Below, one piece after another: positions 31,810 through 39,128 of a DNA stretch of 64,000 bases. Made by a program: the position numbers and the translations under genes. Numbering within the stretch: position 1 is the first letter of the stretch; every line of letters begins with the position of its first letter. The notes under the pieces are model-generated. The model made no database searches and was not told where the DNA came from. It saw only the letters and a list, made by a program, of their open reading frames with translations. The DNA comes from an uncultured Planctomycetia bacterium (GTDB taxonomy: Bacteria > Omnitrophota > Gorgyraeia > 2-01-FULL-45-10): contig CAYGRZ010000001.1 of NCBI GenBank assembly GCA_964352425.1, positions 672 through 64,671 on the forward strand. The letters are read 5' to 3'.

Positions 31810-32998
31810 TTATAAGGTCATCGTGATCGGGGGCGGGGCCTCCGGCATGGTCAGCGCCATCAGCGCGGCCCGGCGCGGGGCCTCGGTTGCGATATGCGAG
31901 AAGATGCCGCGGCTCGGCAGGAAGGTGCTCGCCTCCGGTAACGGCAGATGTAACCTGACCAACGACGCGCTCGACAGCTCATTCTACAATCCTGCGGCCG
32001 GAGCGCTCGTCACGTCGGTATTTTCAAGATTCGGAAACTCCTGCATAAAAGATCTCTTCGCAGAGCTCGGCCTCAAGACGTATTCCGAGGAGGGCCGCGT
32101 CTTTCCGTCCACAAACCAGTCATCGTCCGTGCTGAAAGTCATTGAGCTCGAGCTCCAGAGGCTCTCCGTTGCCATCGATCACGGTTTCGACGTAATCGCC
32201 ATCTCGCATGTCGGCGACGGTTTTATCGTGACCTCGAAGGCAGGCAAGAAGCTGACGAGCCTGCAGGTCATCATCGCATGCGGCGGCAGGTCGTATCCGG
32301 CGTTCGGATCGGACGGCAGCGCGTACGCATGTGCGAGGTCGCTGGGCCATTCGATCATCGAGCCGGTCCCCGTAGCGGTTCCTTTGGTCACCAAGGACGC
32401 GCTGTGCCACAGCCTCCAGGGGCAGAAGATATTCGCTGGAGCCAAAGCCCTCATCGATGGCGCGGCCGTATCGCAGGCCTCCGGAGACCTTTTGTTCACC
32501 AAATACGGACTGTCCGGGACTGCCATCATCGATATAAGCGACGCTATCTCGGTCGCGGTCAACCGGGACGGGAAAAAAGATGTGGTCGTTTCGACAGATT
32601 TAGTGCCGTTCATGGCCTCCGGCGAGCTTGAGTCGGAGCTTGCGCTACGGATCGGCCGGGGATGGCCGGCCGAAGAGCTCGCGGCCGGGATCCTGCCCAA
32701 TAAATTCGGCCCGGCGCTCAAAACTATTTTCAAGACCGGCGCCGCAGCTGCGATAACTGTCGCTTTAAAAGACAGGCGCTTCACTGTGATCGGTACCCGC
32801 GGATGGAACGAGGCCGATTTTACCGCGGGCGGGGTCAATGTGGGCGAGATAGACGAGATAAACCTCGAGTCAAGGATCCAAAAAGGCGTCTATTTCTCCG
32901 GCGAGATCCTTGACGTCAACGGCAGGAGAGGCGGTTACAATCTCGCCTGGGCATGGGCATCGGGGTTTATAGCGGGGGAGAGCGCGGCGAATGCGTAG
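31796..32998 (+). CDS. NAD(P)/FAD-dependent oxidoreductase, HI0933/BaiN (aminoacetone-oxidase-like) family
   Basis: 400 aa; VIVIGGGASGM dinucleotide motif; family-typical C-terminal region; TTG start overlapping the efp end. Confidence 0.75.
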   Translation: MAGHNYKVIVIGGGASGMVSAISAARRGASVAICEKMPRLGRKVLASGNGRCNLTNDALDSSFYNPAAGALVTSVFSRFGNSCIKDLFAELGLKTYSEEGRVFPSTNQSSSVLKVIELELQRLSVAIDHGFDVIAISHVGDGFIVTSKAGKKLTSLQVIIACGGRSYPAFGSDGSAYACARSLGHSIIEPVPVAVPLVTKDALCHSLQGQKIFAGAKALIDGAAVSQASGDLLFTKYGLSGTAIIDISDAISVAVNRDGKKDVVVSTDLVPFMASGELESELALRIGRGWPAEELAAGILPNKFGPALKTIFKTGAAAAITVALKDRRFTVIGTRGWNEADFTAGGVNVGEIDEINLESRIQKGVYFSGEILDVNGRRGGYNLAWAWASGFIAGESAANA

Positions 32999-33572
32999 GA
33001 TCATACTGGCATCGGGATCTGCGGCGCGACAGAAGCTCTTACGGCAGATCGGGCTCAAATTTACCGTCGTTAAGTCCGGGGCAAAGGAAAACCGCACGCT
33101 GAAGGGAAGCTGCGCGGACCTTGTGATCGGCAACGCGTTACGGAAGGCGCGCGAGGCGGCCTCTCGTTTCGATACGGGCGTTGTGATCGCGGCCGATACC
33201 GTCGTGCTGGTCGGGAAGAAGATCATAGGCAAACCGAAGAGCCTGCCTGACGCGTCCAGGACGCTCAAGCTGCTGTCGAGACGCCCGCAATGGGTCTATA
33301 GCGGCATCGCCGTCATCGATATCGATAGGGCAAAGACGTATACCGGCCACGAGAAGACGAAAGTATATATGTGCCCACTGACCGGCGCTCAGATACGGAA
33401 CTATTTTAAAAAGGTGTCGCCTCTGGGCAAGGCAGGCTCGTTCGACATACAGGGGATGGGCGGAGCATTCATCGACCGCATCGAGGGATGTTTTTACAAT
33501 GTCGTGGGGCTGCCGCTCGCGAAACTCGCGAAGATGCTGGCTCGCGCAGGGGTTGATCTCTCCCATAAATAA
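32991..33572 (+). CDS. maf: Maf-like nucleoside triphosphate pyrophosphatase
   Basis: 193 aa; ILASGSAAR motif; Maf family. Confidence 0.9.
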   Translation: MRRIILASGSAARQKLLRQIGLKFTVVKSGAKENRTLKGSCADLVIGNALRKAREAASRFDTGVVIAADTVVLVGKKIIGKPKSLPDASRTLKLLSRRPQWVYSGIAVIDIDRAKTYTGHEKTKVYMCPLTGAQIRNYFKKVSPLGKAGSFDIQGMGGAFIDRIEGCFYNVVGLPLAKLAKMLARAGVDLSHK

Positions 33573-33582
33573 GGACTAGCGG

Positions 33583-35055
33583 ATGAAAACGATCAAATTC
33601 GATTTCAACAATATGTTCAGCCACAGCATCGGCTCCCGGCACGGCGTAACGGATGCCGAGCTTGCAAAGATGCGAGAGGCGGTATCGAAAGCGCATAAAC
33701 ACCTCAAAGCCCTCATCGGCAATGACGATAACCGCGTCAGCCTCGGCCTCGAATGGACCAGGCTGCCGGGGCAGGATGCGCAGGCCCTTCGCTGGATACA
33801 GGAGCTCGGCGATGAGATAGCCGCATCATACGAGAGCGTCATATCGCTCGGCATCGGCGGCTCCTATCTCGGGCTGAAGGCCGCGCAGGATGCGCTTGCA
33901 GGCGCGTATTACAACGAGTTTTCCTCCGTCAGGCGCGGCAGGCCGAAGATCTATTTTGACGGCAACAATATGGACCCCGACACGCTGAACGTATTATTGA
34001 GGAACCTGGACCCGAAGAAGACATTCGTCATAGTGATTTCGAAGTCGGGCGAGACGACCGAAACGAAAGCTGCGTTCGCGGCCGCTACGGCATGGCTGAA
34101 GAGAAGTGTGGGCGCCTCCCACGGAAAGCAGATCGTCGCGATCACGGACCCGACGTCGGGTGCCTTGAGGAAAAAGGTCGACGCGGAACAAGCGATTGAC
34201 GCCATGAGCTTCCGGAGCCTTCCCGTGCTGAAGGGCGTCGGAGGCCGTTTCTCGGAATTGAACATCGGGCTGCTGCATCTTGCGGTGATCGGCGTGAATA
34301 TCAGGGAAGTGCTCGACGGCGCCGGATCAATGTTCAAGCGGTGCAGCGCGCCGGCATTGGCCCAGAATCCCGCATATATGTACGCGGCGCTGCAGACGAT
34401 ACTCTATAAAAAGAAGGGTAAGTTCATCTCGATCGTGATGCCATTCTCTGAGAGGCTGAAATCGACCGCGGACTGGTATGTGCAGCTGCTGGCAGAAAGC
34501 CTCGGCAAGAAATACGCGCGGTCGATCAGGATGGAAAGGGGAGGCCGCGAGAGCTGGTCTAGCGACCTCAAAAGGCCCGTCCATGTCGGGCGCACGCCGA
34601 TACCCGCGCGGGGCACAAACGATCTCCACTCGATCCAGCAGAACAATATCGAAGGCCGGAACGACAAGACGGTCACCTTCATCAAGGTCGAACGCTTTAG
34701 CTCCGACATCACGGTCACCGGAACGGGCGATTTTCTCGAGGGCAGGCCGTATTCGGAGCTTCTTTCGACCGCCGAAGAGGCGACTGAATGGGCACTGACG
34801 AATGAAGGCAGGCCGAGCTGCACGATAACGATACCCGAGATATCGCCTTATACCTGGGGATCCCTCCTGATGTTCTTCGAGATGGCGACCACCGCGGAGG
34901 CAGAGCTGCTGAATGTGAACGCGTTCGACCAGCCCGGCGTCGAAGGGTACAAGAACTACATGTATTACAAGCTCGGTAAGCCGGGTATCGCGCGAGAGAT
35001 ATCGGACCTTATACGGAAACACCCGCTCGTAAAGAAACAGAAATATATCATATAG
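33583..35055 (+). CDS. pgi: Glucose-6-phosphate isomerase
   Basis: 490 aa; SIS domains with GIGGSYLG, VISKSGETTET, GGRFSELNIG motifs. Confidence 0.85.
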   Translation: MKTIKFDFNNMFSHSIGSRHGVTDAELAKMREAVSKAHKHLKALIGNDDNRVSLGLEWTRLPGQDAQALRWIQELGDEIAASYESVISLGIGGSYLGLKAAQDALAGAYYNEFSSVRRGRPKIYFDGNNMDPDTLNVLLRNLDPKKTFVIVISKSGETTETKAAFAAATAWLKRSVGASHGKQIVAITDPTSGALRKKVDAEQAIDAMSFRSLPVLKGVGGRFSELNIGLLHLAVIGVNIREVLDGAGSMFKRCSAPALAQNPAYMYAALQTILYKKKGKFISIVMPFSERLKSTADWYVQLLAESLGKKYARSIRMERGGRESWSSDLKRPVHVGRTPIPARGTNDLHSIQQNNIEGRNDKTVTFIKVERFSSDITVTGTGDFLEGRPYSELLSTAEEATEWALTNEGRPSCTITIPEISPYTWGSLLMFFEMATTAEAELLNVNAFDQPGVEGYKNYMYYKLGKPGIAREISDLIRKHPLVKKQKYII

Positions 35056-35075
35056 CCGGTGGGCCGGCGCCCCCT

Positions 35076-36083
35076 ATGGAAAAGGTACGATACGAAATAG
35101 ATCCCTTCAACCGCCTTGTTGTAACGGGCGAGGGGCAGGGCCTTCCAAGGCAGCGCGCTGTCCTCGACGGGACCTTCAGGACCGCCGATGACAATACTCT
35201 CGTATACCATATCAAATCACCCGCCTCGAAAACCGGCGCCGTGCCTCATCAGGTAAAGCTGCGCGGCCAATGGTCTCTCGGTAAAGATCATAACCTCAGA
35301 TTTACCCTCGACAAGGTCGCCAGATCCGCCGGGTCAGACTCTCTTGCACTTTCCGGTGACATAATAGACGTCGGGGGCGATGCGCTCCTCTTTTCCATGA
35401 CGACCAGGCGCTCTGACGACACCCAGACGACATATGTGATGGAGCTTACAGGCAGCTGGCAGGCCGATAAGAATAATCGCCTAACGTTCGGCGTTAAACG
35501 GGAGAAGGGAAGGTATGACATCCTTACGTTCACCGGCGCGTGGGAGATCGGCGATAATAATGAGCTCGTGTACCGGTATGAGAAGTCTCAGCTTAAGCGC
35601 AGAACGAAGACGGTCCACGCCATCGTCTTTAAAGGACGATGGCGTTTGGGGCAAGGATCGATAGTATCCTACGCGCTTGACGCGAGCTCCAATTCGGTTT
35701 TCAATTTTAAGACGTCGATAGGCATATGCGGCGATAATTTCATCAAATACGAGCTCGGCATAATGCTCGGCTCAAGGCTCGGGCCCATCAGGAGGATCGT
35801 CACGCTTTTCGGGACATGGGGTATCGTCAGGGGAACCGGCCTGTCGTTCGAGGTAGAGTGCGCCGACGGAAAAACATATACGATAAGCATGAGCGCAGAG
35901 GCAAGGATTACAAAGCGCGATACGATCGCGCTGAAGCTTAAAGACATCAACACCCGAAAGGACCTCGGCCTGCAGCTGGAGCTGTCGCACGCGCTCCTGG
36001 AAGGCGATGGCGCAGCATTTCTTAAGTTCCTGAAGTCGAGGGAGGAGACGGCCGTTTTTATCGGCGCCGGCTTCCGCTGGTAG
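35076..36083 (+). CDS. Cytoplasmic tandem-repeat protein (seven or more copies of an approximately 45-aa h-x-G-x-W/F-x-h-x3-N-x-L-x-F module)
   Basis: 335 aa; modules LRGQWSLGKDHNLRFTL / LTGSWQADKNNRLTFGV / FTGAWEIGDNNELVYRY / FKGRWRLGQGSIVSYAL / LFGTWGIVRGTGLSFEV; no signal peptide. Confidence 0.6.
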   Translation: MEKVRYEIDPFNRLVVTGEGQGLPRQRAVLDGTFRTADDNTLVYHIKSPASKTGAVPHQVKLRGQWSLGKDHNLRFTLDKVARSAGSDSLALSGDIIDVGGDALLFSMTTRRSDDTQTTYVMELTGSWQADKNNRLTFGVKREKGRYDILTFTGAWEIGDNNELVYRYEKSQLKRRTKTVHAIVFKGRWRLGQGSIVSYALDASSNSVFNFKTSIGICGDNFIKYELGIMLGSRLGPIRRIVTLFGTWGIVRGTGLSFEVECADGKTYTISMSAEARITKRDTIALKLKDINTRKDLGLQLELSHALLEGDGAAFLKFLKSREETAVFIGAGFRW

Positions 36084-36094
36084 CCGAGATAGAT

Positions 36095-36123
36095 TTGCCA
36101 ATTCGCGTTTCATAAAGTATACT
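36095..36123 (+). promoter_or_regulatory. Strong sigma70-like promoter TTGCCA-17nt-TATACT
   Basis: -35 at 36095-36100, -10 at 36118-36123, both near consensus and exactly 17-nt spaced, in a 700-bp non-coding island. Confidence 0.45.
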
Positions 36124-36148
36124 CAAAGTTGAATGAGGGGGTGAGTCT

Positions 36149-36208
36149 GTGTGTAAGACATGCGGATGCTCTTCAAAGAAGAAGGCAAAGAAGAAAAAGA
36201 AGAAATAG
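36149..36208 (+). CDS. Candidate 19-aa mini-ORF (V/M)CKTCGCSSKKKAKKKKKK; lysine-codon-rich leader-peptide-like
   Basis: GTG 7 nt after SD gaggggg, about 26 nt downstream of the promoter. Nine of the last ten codons are AAG/AAA (K K K A K K K K K K), and it is followed by an intrinsic terminator. Confidence 0.3.
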   Translation: MCKTCGCSSKKKAKKKKKK

Positions 36209-36227
36209 GATTGTGGCAGGCCTGTAA

Positions 36228-36267
36228 TCGCAGCCCCGCGAAGCATTGCGCTATCGCGGGGTTTTAG
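36228..36267 (+). terminator. Rho-independent terminator (ccccgcg-aagcattgcgctat-cgcgggg-TTTT)
   Basis: 7-bp GC stem plus T4 tract, 20 nt after the mini-ORF stop. Confidence 0.5.
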
Positions 36268-36499
36268 TTTGTGTAGGTGGCATGGCGGCGGGACTTTTTG
36301 GCAGTGGCGGCATCTGTGTACGCCGCCTTGACAGGTGTCGACCTCGTAGGTCGGCCCGGTGTGTCTATTGAGAGCCGAAAAATTTCTGAGGAGTGGCCTG
36401 CCGGCGAGACTTTTGGGCACCTCGCCGCAGCTGTTAAAAATTTTGATACATCTTGGCGATACAGCACGGCCAGGGAAACTGCTCAATAGTTATCCACAG

Positions 36500-36525
36500 C
36501 GTAGGTCACCCTTAAGGGTGACCTA
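36500..36525. repeat. Perfect 26-bp palindrome GTAGGTCACCC-TTAA-GGGTGACCTAC (REP-like, starts with GTAG), overlapping a TATAAT box
   Basis: 11-bp arms with a 4-nt centre; related imperfect palindrome gtcgacctcGTAGGTCggc at 36337-36355; preceded by tccacagc, as is the palindrome at 36615. Confidence 0.5.
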
Positions 36526-36614
36526 CATATAATAGTGATACGTGGCAGGTTCATCGGCCCCGCCTGCCAGAATGTGTTCTCATGCGGTCGGGCAGGCATC
36601 AAAATTTGTCCACA

Positions 36615-36643
36615 GCAGATTTACACGCCTAATGTAAATCTGC
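36615..36643. repeat. Perfect-armed palindrome gcagatttaca-cgcctaa-tgtaaatctgc
   Basis: 11-bp arms with a 7-nt loop; preceded by the same tccacagc octamer that precedes the 36500 palindrome. Confidence 0.5.
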
Positions 36644-36664
36644 GACCCTTCGGTAGTACTCAAG

Positions 36665-36692
36665 GTCGTCCTGAGCGAAGTCGAAGGACGAC
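36665..36692 (+). repeat. Hairpin with conserved 14-nt loop tgagCgaagtcgaa (copy 2 of 2; see 6659-6685)
   Basis: Stem gtcgtcc/ggacgac; core identical to the rpmF-upstream copy except for one loop base. Confidence 0.4.
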
Positions 36693-36713
36693 AGGCGAAG
36701 GCGGCTACACAGG

Positions 36714-36750
36714 TGCTGCCTGGTAAAGTAGGCAGAAAAATTCTTTTTAT
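36714..36750 (+). terminator. Terminator-like hairpin ctgcct-ggtaaagt-aggcag followed by an A/T-rich tract (aaaaattcttttta)
   Basis: 6-bp stem followed by aaaaattcttttta; would end a roughly 250-nt multi-hairpin transcript starting near 36530. Confidence 0.35.
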
Positions 36751-36781
36751 TCAGCTAACCCATATGATATAATCTTAGCAT

Positions 36782-37066
36782 ATGGATGAACAGGCATATG
36801 AGAAGGTGCTGGCGGACCGAGACGCGACGCATGAAGCTCTCTGCAGGCGCTGCGGACAATGCTGCGGCGCTGTAGGGGAAGACCCGTGCGTGAACCTTGA
36901 GAAGCTGGCTGACGGTACGTATTCCTGCCGGATCTATGATGTGAGGCACGGGCTGCAGAGGACCGTGTCGGGCAGGTACTTCATGTGCGTGAATATACGG
37001 GATGTCATCAAATGCGGGGCGTCCTATGATAATTGCCCTTACTGCGGAAACGTCCGACGATCGTGA
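36782..37066 (+). CDS. YkgJ-family cysteine-cluster protein (CxxCGxCC zinc/iron-chelating domain, UPF0153)
   Basis: 94 aa; CRRCGQCCG plus further Cys pairs; the ATG is only 12 nt after a TATAAT box flanked by ccatatg inverted repeats, so possibly leaderless. Confidence 0.6.
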   Translation: MDEQAYEKVLADRDATHEALCRRCGQCCGAVGEDPCVNLEKLADGTYSCRIYDVRHGLQRTVSGRYFMCVNIRDVIKCGASYDNCPYCGNVRRS

Positions 37067-37524
37067 ATATACTGCCGATTTTGATCATCATGGCATGCCT
37101 TTTTGCTCCCGCAGCCTGGCCCGCCGAAAAGACGGCCCTGGCTGCCGATAGGGCCGCCGCGGAATCGTTATATGCGTACAGCGGCACCGACCTTCCGCAG
37201 GTCTTCTTTTTCCCCAAGGAGACGGCGCGGTGGGACGGCTCGAAGGTCACACTGAAGGAATGGTACATGTTGACCGATCTTCAGAAACAGAAGTTTTTCA
37301 GCGAATATGTCGGCGTTCTTGAGCGTCAGTACCATCAGAGCATAAACGTGATGGGCCTCGACTACCTTGAGGCACTGAACGTATTTTCATATTACTCGGA
37401 CGGAAGCGCGATGAACGAGCCCCCTACGAAATTCATCGACAGGCTGCTCGGTGGCCAGGGAAAACTGCCTGTCGCCGGCGCCGCCGAGGCGGCGTTGACG
37501 GATCAGGATCAGGAGTTACATTGA
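37063..37524 (+). CDS. Secreted hypothetical protein
   Basis: GTG at 37063 overlapping the upstream stop (or ATG at 37093); signal peptide NILPILIIMACLFAPAAWPA; no recognisable domain. Confidence 0.45.
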   Translation: MNILPILIIMACLFAPAAWPAEKTALAADRAAAESLYAYSGTDLPQVFFFPKETARWDGSKVTLKEWYMLTDLQKQKFFSEYVGVLERQYHQSINVMGLDYLEALNVFSYYSDGSAMNEPPTKFIDRLLGGQGKLPVAGAAEAALTDQDQELH

Positions 37525-37540
37525 CGAAGGAGAGTGACAC

Positions 37541-38491
37541 ATGTTCAGGCCCCAGATAAAGGTAATAGACTGCACGATCCGCGACGGCGGTTTGATGAAT
37601 AAACACGATTTCTCGGACCATTTCGTCCGCGAGACCTACCGCGCCCTTTCGGAGGCAGGCATCGACTACATGGAGATAGGGTACAAAAACTCGAAGAAGC
37701 TCTTCTCAGAAAAAGAGTTCGGAAAATGGAAGTTCTGCGACGACGATCATATACGAAAAATCACAGAGGGCATTACGTCCAACACGAAGATTTCGGTCAT
37801 GGTCGATGTCGGGCGTGTCGATATAGGCGATATCAAGCCCAAGAAGGACAGCCCCGTCGACATGATCCGCGTCGCGTCATATGTAAAAGAGATAGACAAG
37901 GCCATATATCTGGTCAACCACTTTGCCGACAAAGGATATGAGACGACCGTGAATATCATGGCCATTTCGCGGGCGCTCGACAATGAGCTGAACGAGGCGT
38001 TCGAGCAGCTCGAAAAGGAGTGCAAGGCCAACGTGATCTATATCGTCGATTCGTTCGGCTCTCTCTACCAGGAGACGATCGAGTTCCTCATCAAAAAGGC
38101 CAAAAACATCATCAAGTCAAAAGAGATAGGCATGCACGCGCACAATAACCAGCAGCTGGCGTTCGGCAACACGATAGAGGCCATCATTCACAATGCCAAT
38201 TATCTTGACGCCACGGTCTTCGGCCTGGGCAGGGCCGCCGGGAACTGCCCGCTCGAGCTGCTGGTCGGGTTCCTGAAGAACCCGAAGTTCGACATCAGGC
38301 CCATACTCGACCTGATCTCCAGCGAACTGATCCCCTTGAGCAAACAGCTGGAGTGGGGGTATGTCATACCCTACGCGATAACCGGCATGCTTGACGAGCA
38401 CCCGAAGGCGGCGATCGAACTCAGGCAGGGCGCGAAGCGGGAAAACTACAGGGAATTTTACGAAAGCATCAAAAGCAAAGACGTGGATTAA
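37541..38491 (+). CDS. HMGL-like (DRE-TIM metallolyase) aldolase family protein; possibly a 4-hydroxy-2-oxoacid aldolase-like enzyme
   Basis: 316 aa; DCTIRDGG N-terminal motif and HAHNN motif of the pyruvate carboxyltransferase / HMGL-like TIM barrel; GC visibly lower (about 50%) than neighbours. Confidence 0.7.
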   Translation: MFRPQIKVIDCTIRDGGLMNKHDFSDHFVRETYRALSEAGIDYMEIGYKNSKKLFSEKEFGKWKFCDDDHIRKITEGITSNTKISVMVDVGRVDIGDIKPKKDSPVDMIRVASYVKEIDKAIYLVNHFADKGYETTVNIMAISRALDNELNEAFEQLEKECKANVIYIVDSFGSLYQETIEFLIKKAKNIIKSKEIGMHAHNNQQLAFGNTIEAIIHNANYLDATVFGLGRAAGNCPLELLVGFLKNPKFDIRPILDLISSELIPLSKQLEWGYVIPYAITGMLDEHPKAAIELRQGAKRENYREFYESIKSKDVD

Positions 38492-38492
38492 G

Positions 38493-39128
38493 ATGGACCT
38501 ACAACGGTTTAAGAAGCTGCCGATACTCGGCATCCTGCGCTGTGAGGGCGATCTTCCCGTAGAAGAGCTGGTCGAAACCGTTGCGGCGTCCGGCCTCGAG
38601 ACGATCGAAGTGGCGATGAATTCCCATAATGCCGCCGCGGTGATCAGGCGCTCGGTTGAGGCGTCGGGCGGCAGGCTGATGATCGGCGCCGGGACGGTCC
38701 TGAACAAGCAGATACTGGAACAGGCGCTGGAGGCCGGCGCCACGTTCGTCGTTATGCCGACGCTCGTCGAAGATGTTGTCGCGGCGTGCGTCCGCGAAAA
38801 GATCCCCGTTTTTCCCGGCGCGCTTACTCCGCAGGAGATATATAATGCCTGGAATGCGGGCGCGACGATGGTCAAAGTCTTTCCCGCCGCCATGTTAGGG
38901 CCCTCGTACATCAAAGAGGTCAAGGCGCCGTTCGACCGGGTCGAGCTCCTGGCCTGCGGTGGCATAACCGCTGAGAACATCAAGACGTACTTCGCCAGCG
39001 GCGCTAGCGCGGTCGCGTTCGGGGCGTCTATCTTCAGGAAAGAGTGGCTCGACAGGAAAAATTTCGCGAATATAGAACGTTCGATAAAGAACCTCATTAA
39101 AGCATGCCCAATAAGACCATCATCCTGA
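38493..39128 (+). CDS. eda: 2-dehydro-3-deoxyphosphogluconate / 4-hydroxy-2-oxoglutarate aldolase (Eda family)
   Basis: ATG at 38493 one nt after the upstream stop; about 211 aa; Eda family (ILRCEG...GAGTVL...VMPT...PG..TP.E...A...G...VK.FPA). Confidence 0.8.
   Translation: MDLQRFKKLPILGILRCEGDLPVEELVETVAASGLETIEVAMNSHNAAAVIRRSVEASGGRLMIGAGTVLNKQILEQALEAGATFVVMPTLVEDVVAACVREKIPVFPGALTPQEIYNAWNAGATMVKVFPAAMLGPSYIKEVKAPFDRVELLACGGITAENIKTYFASGASAVAFGASIFRKEWLDRKNFANIERSIKNLIKACPIRPSS

Noticed and set aside
36535-36726. 63-aa ORF MIRGRFIGPACQNVFSCGRAGIKICPQQIYTPNVNLRPFG...
   Set aside because: It runs straight through two perfect palindromes and the shared hairpin motif and has no SD. It is more likely a chance ORF across structured non-coding DNA.
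36084-36781. Housekeeping ncRNA (RNase P RNA, SRP/4.5S RNA, tmRNA, 6S) or riboswitch in the 700-bp non-coding island
   Set aside because: Not found: the P4 motif GGAAAGTCCGGGC, the SRP domain-IV GGAAGGAAGCAGC, a tmRNA tag reading frame with a CCA end, or B12/TPP/SAM box sequences. The flanking genes are not typical riboswitch targets.
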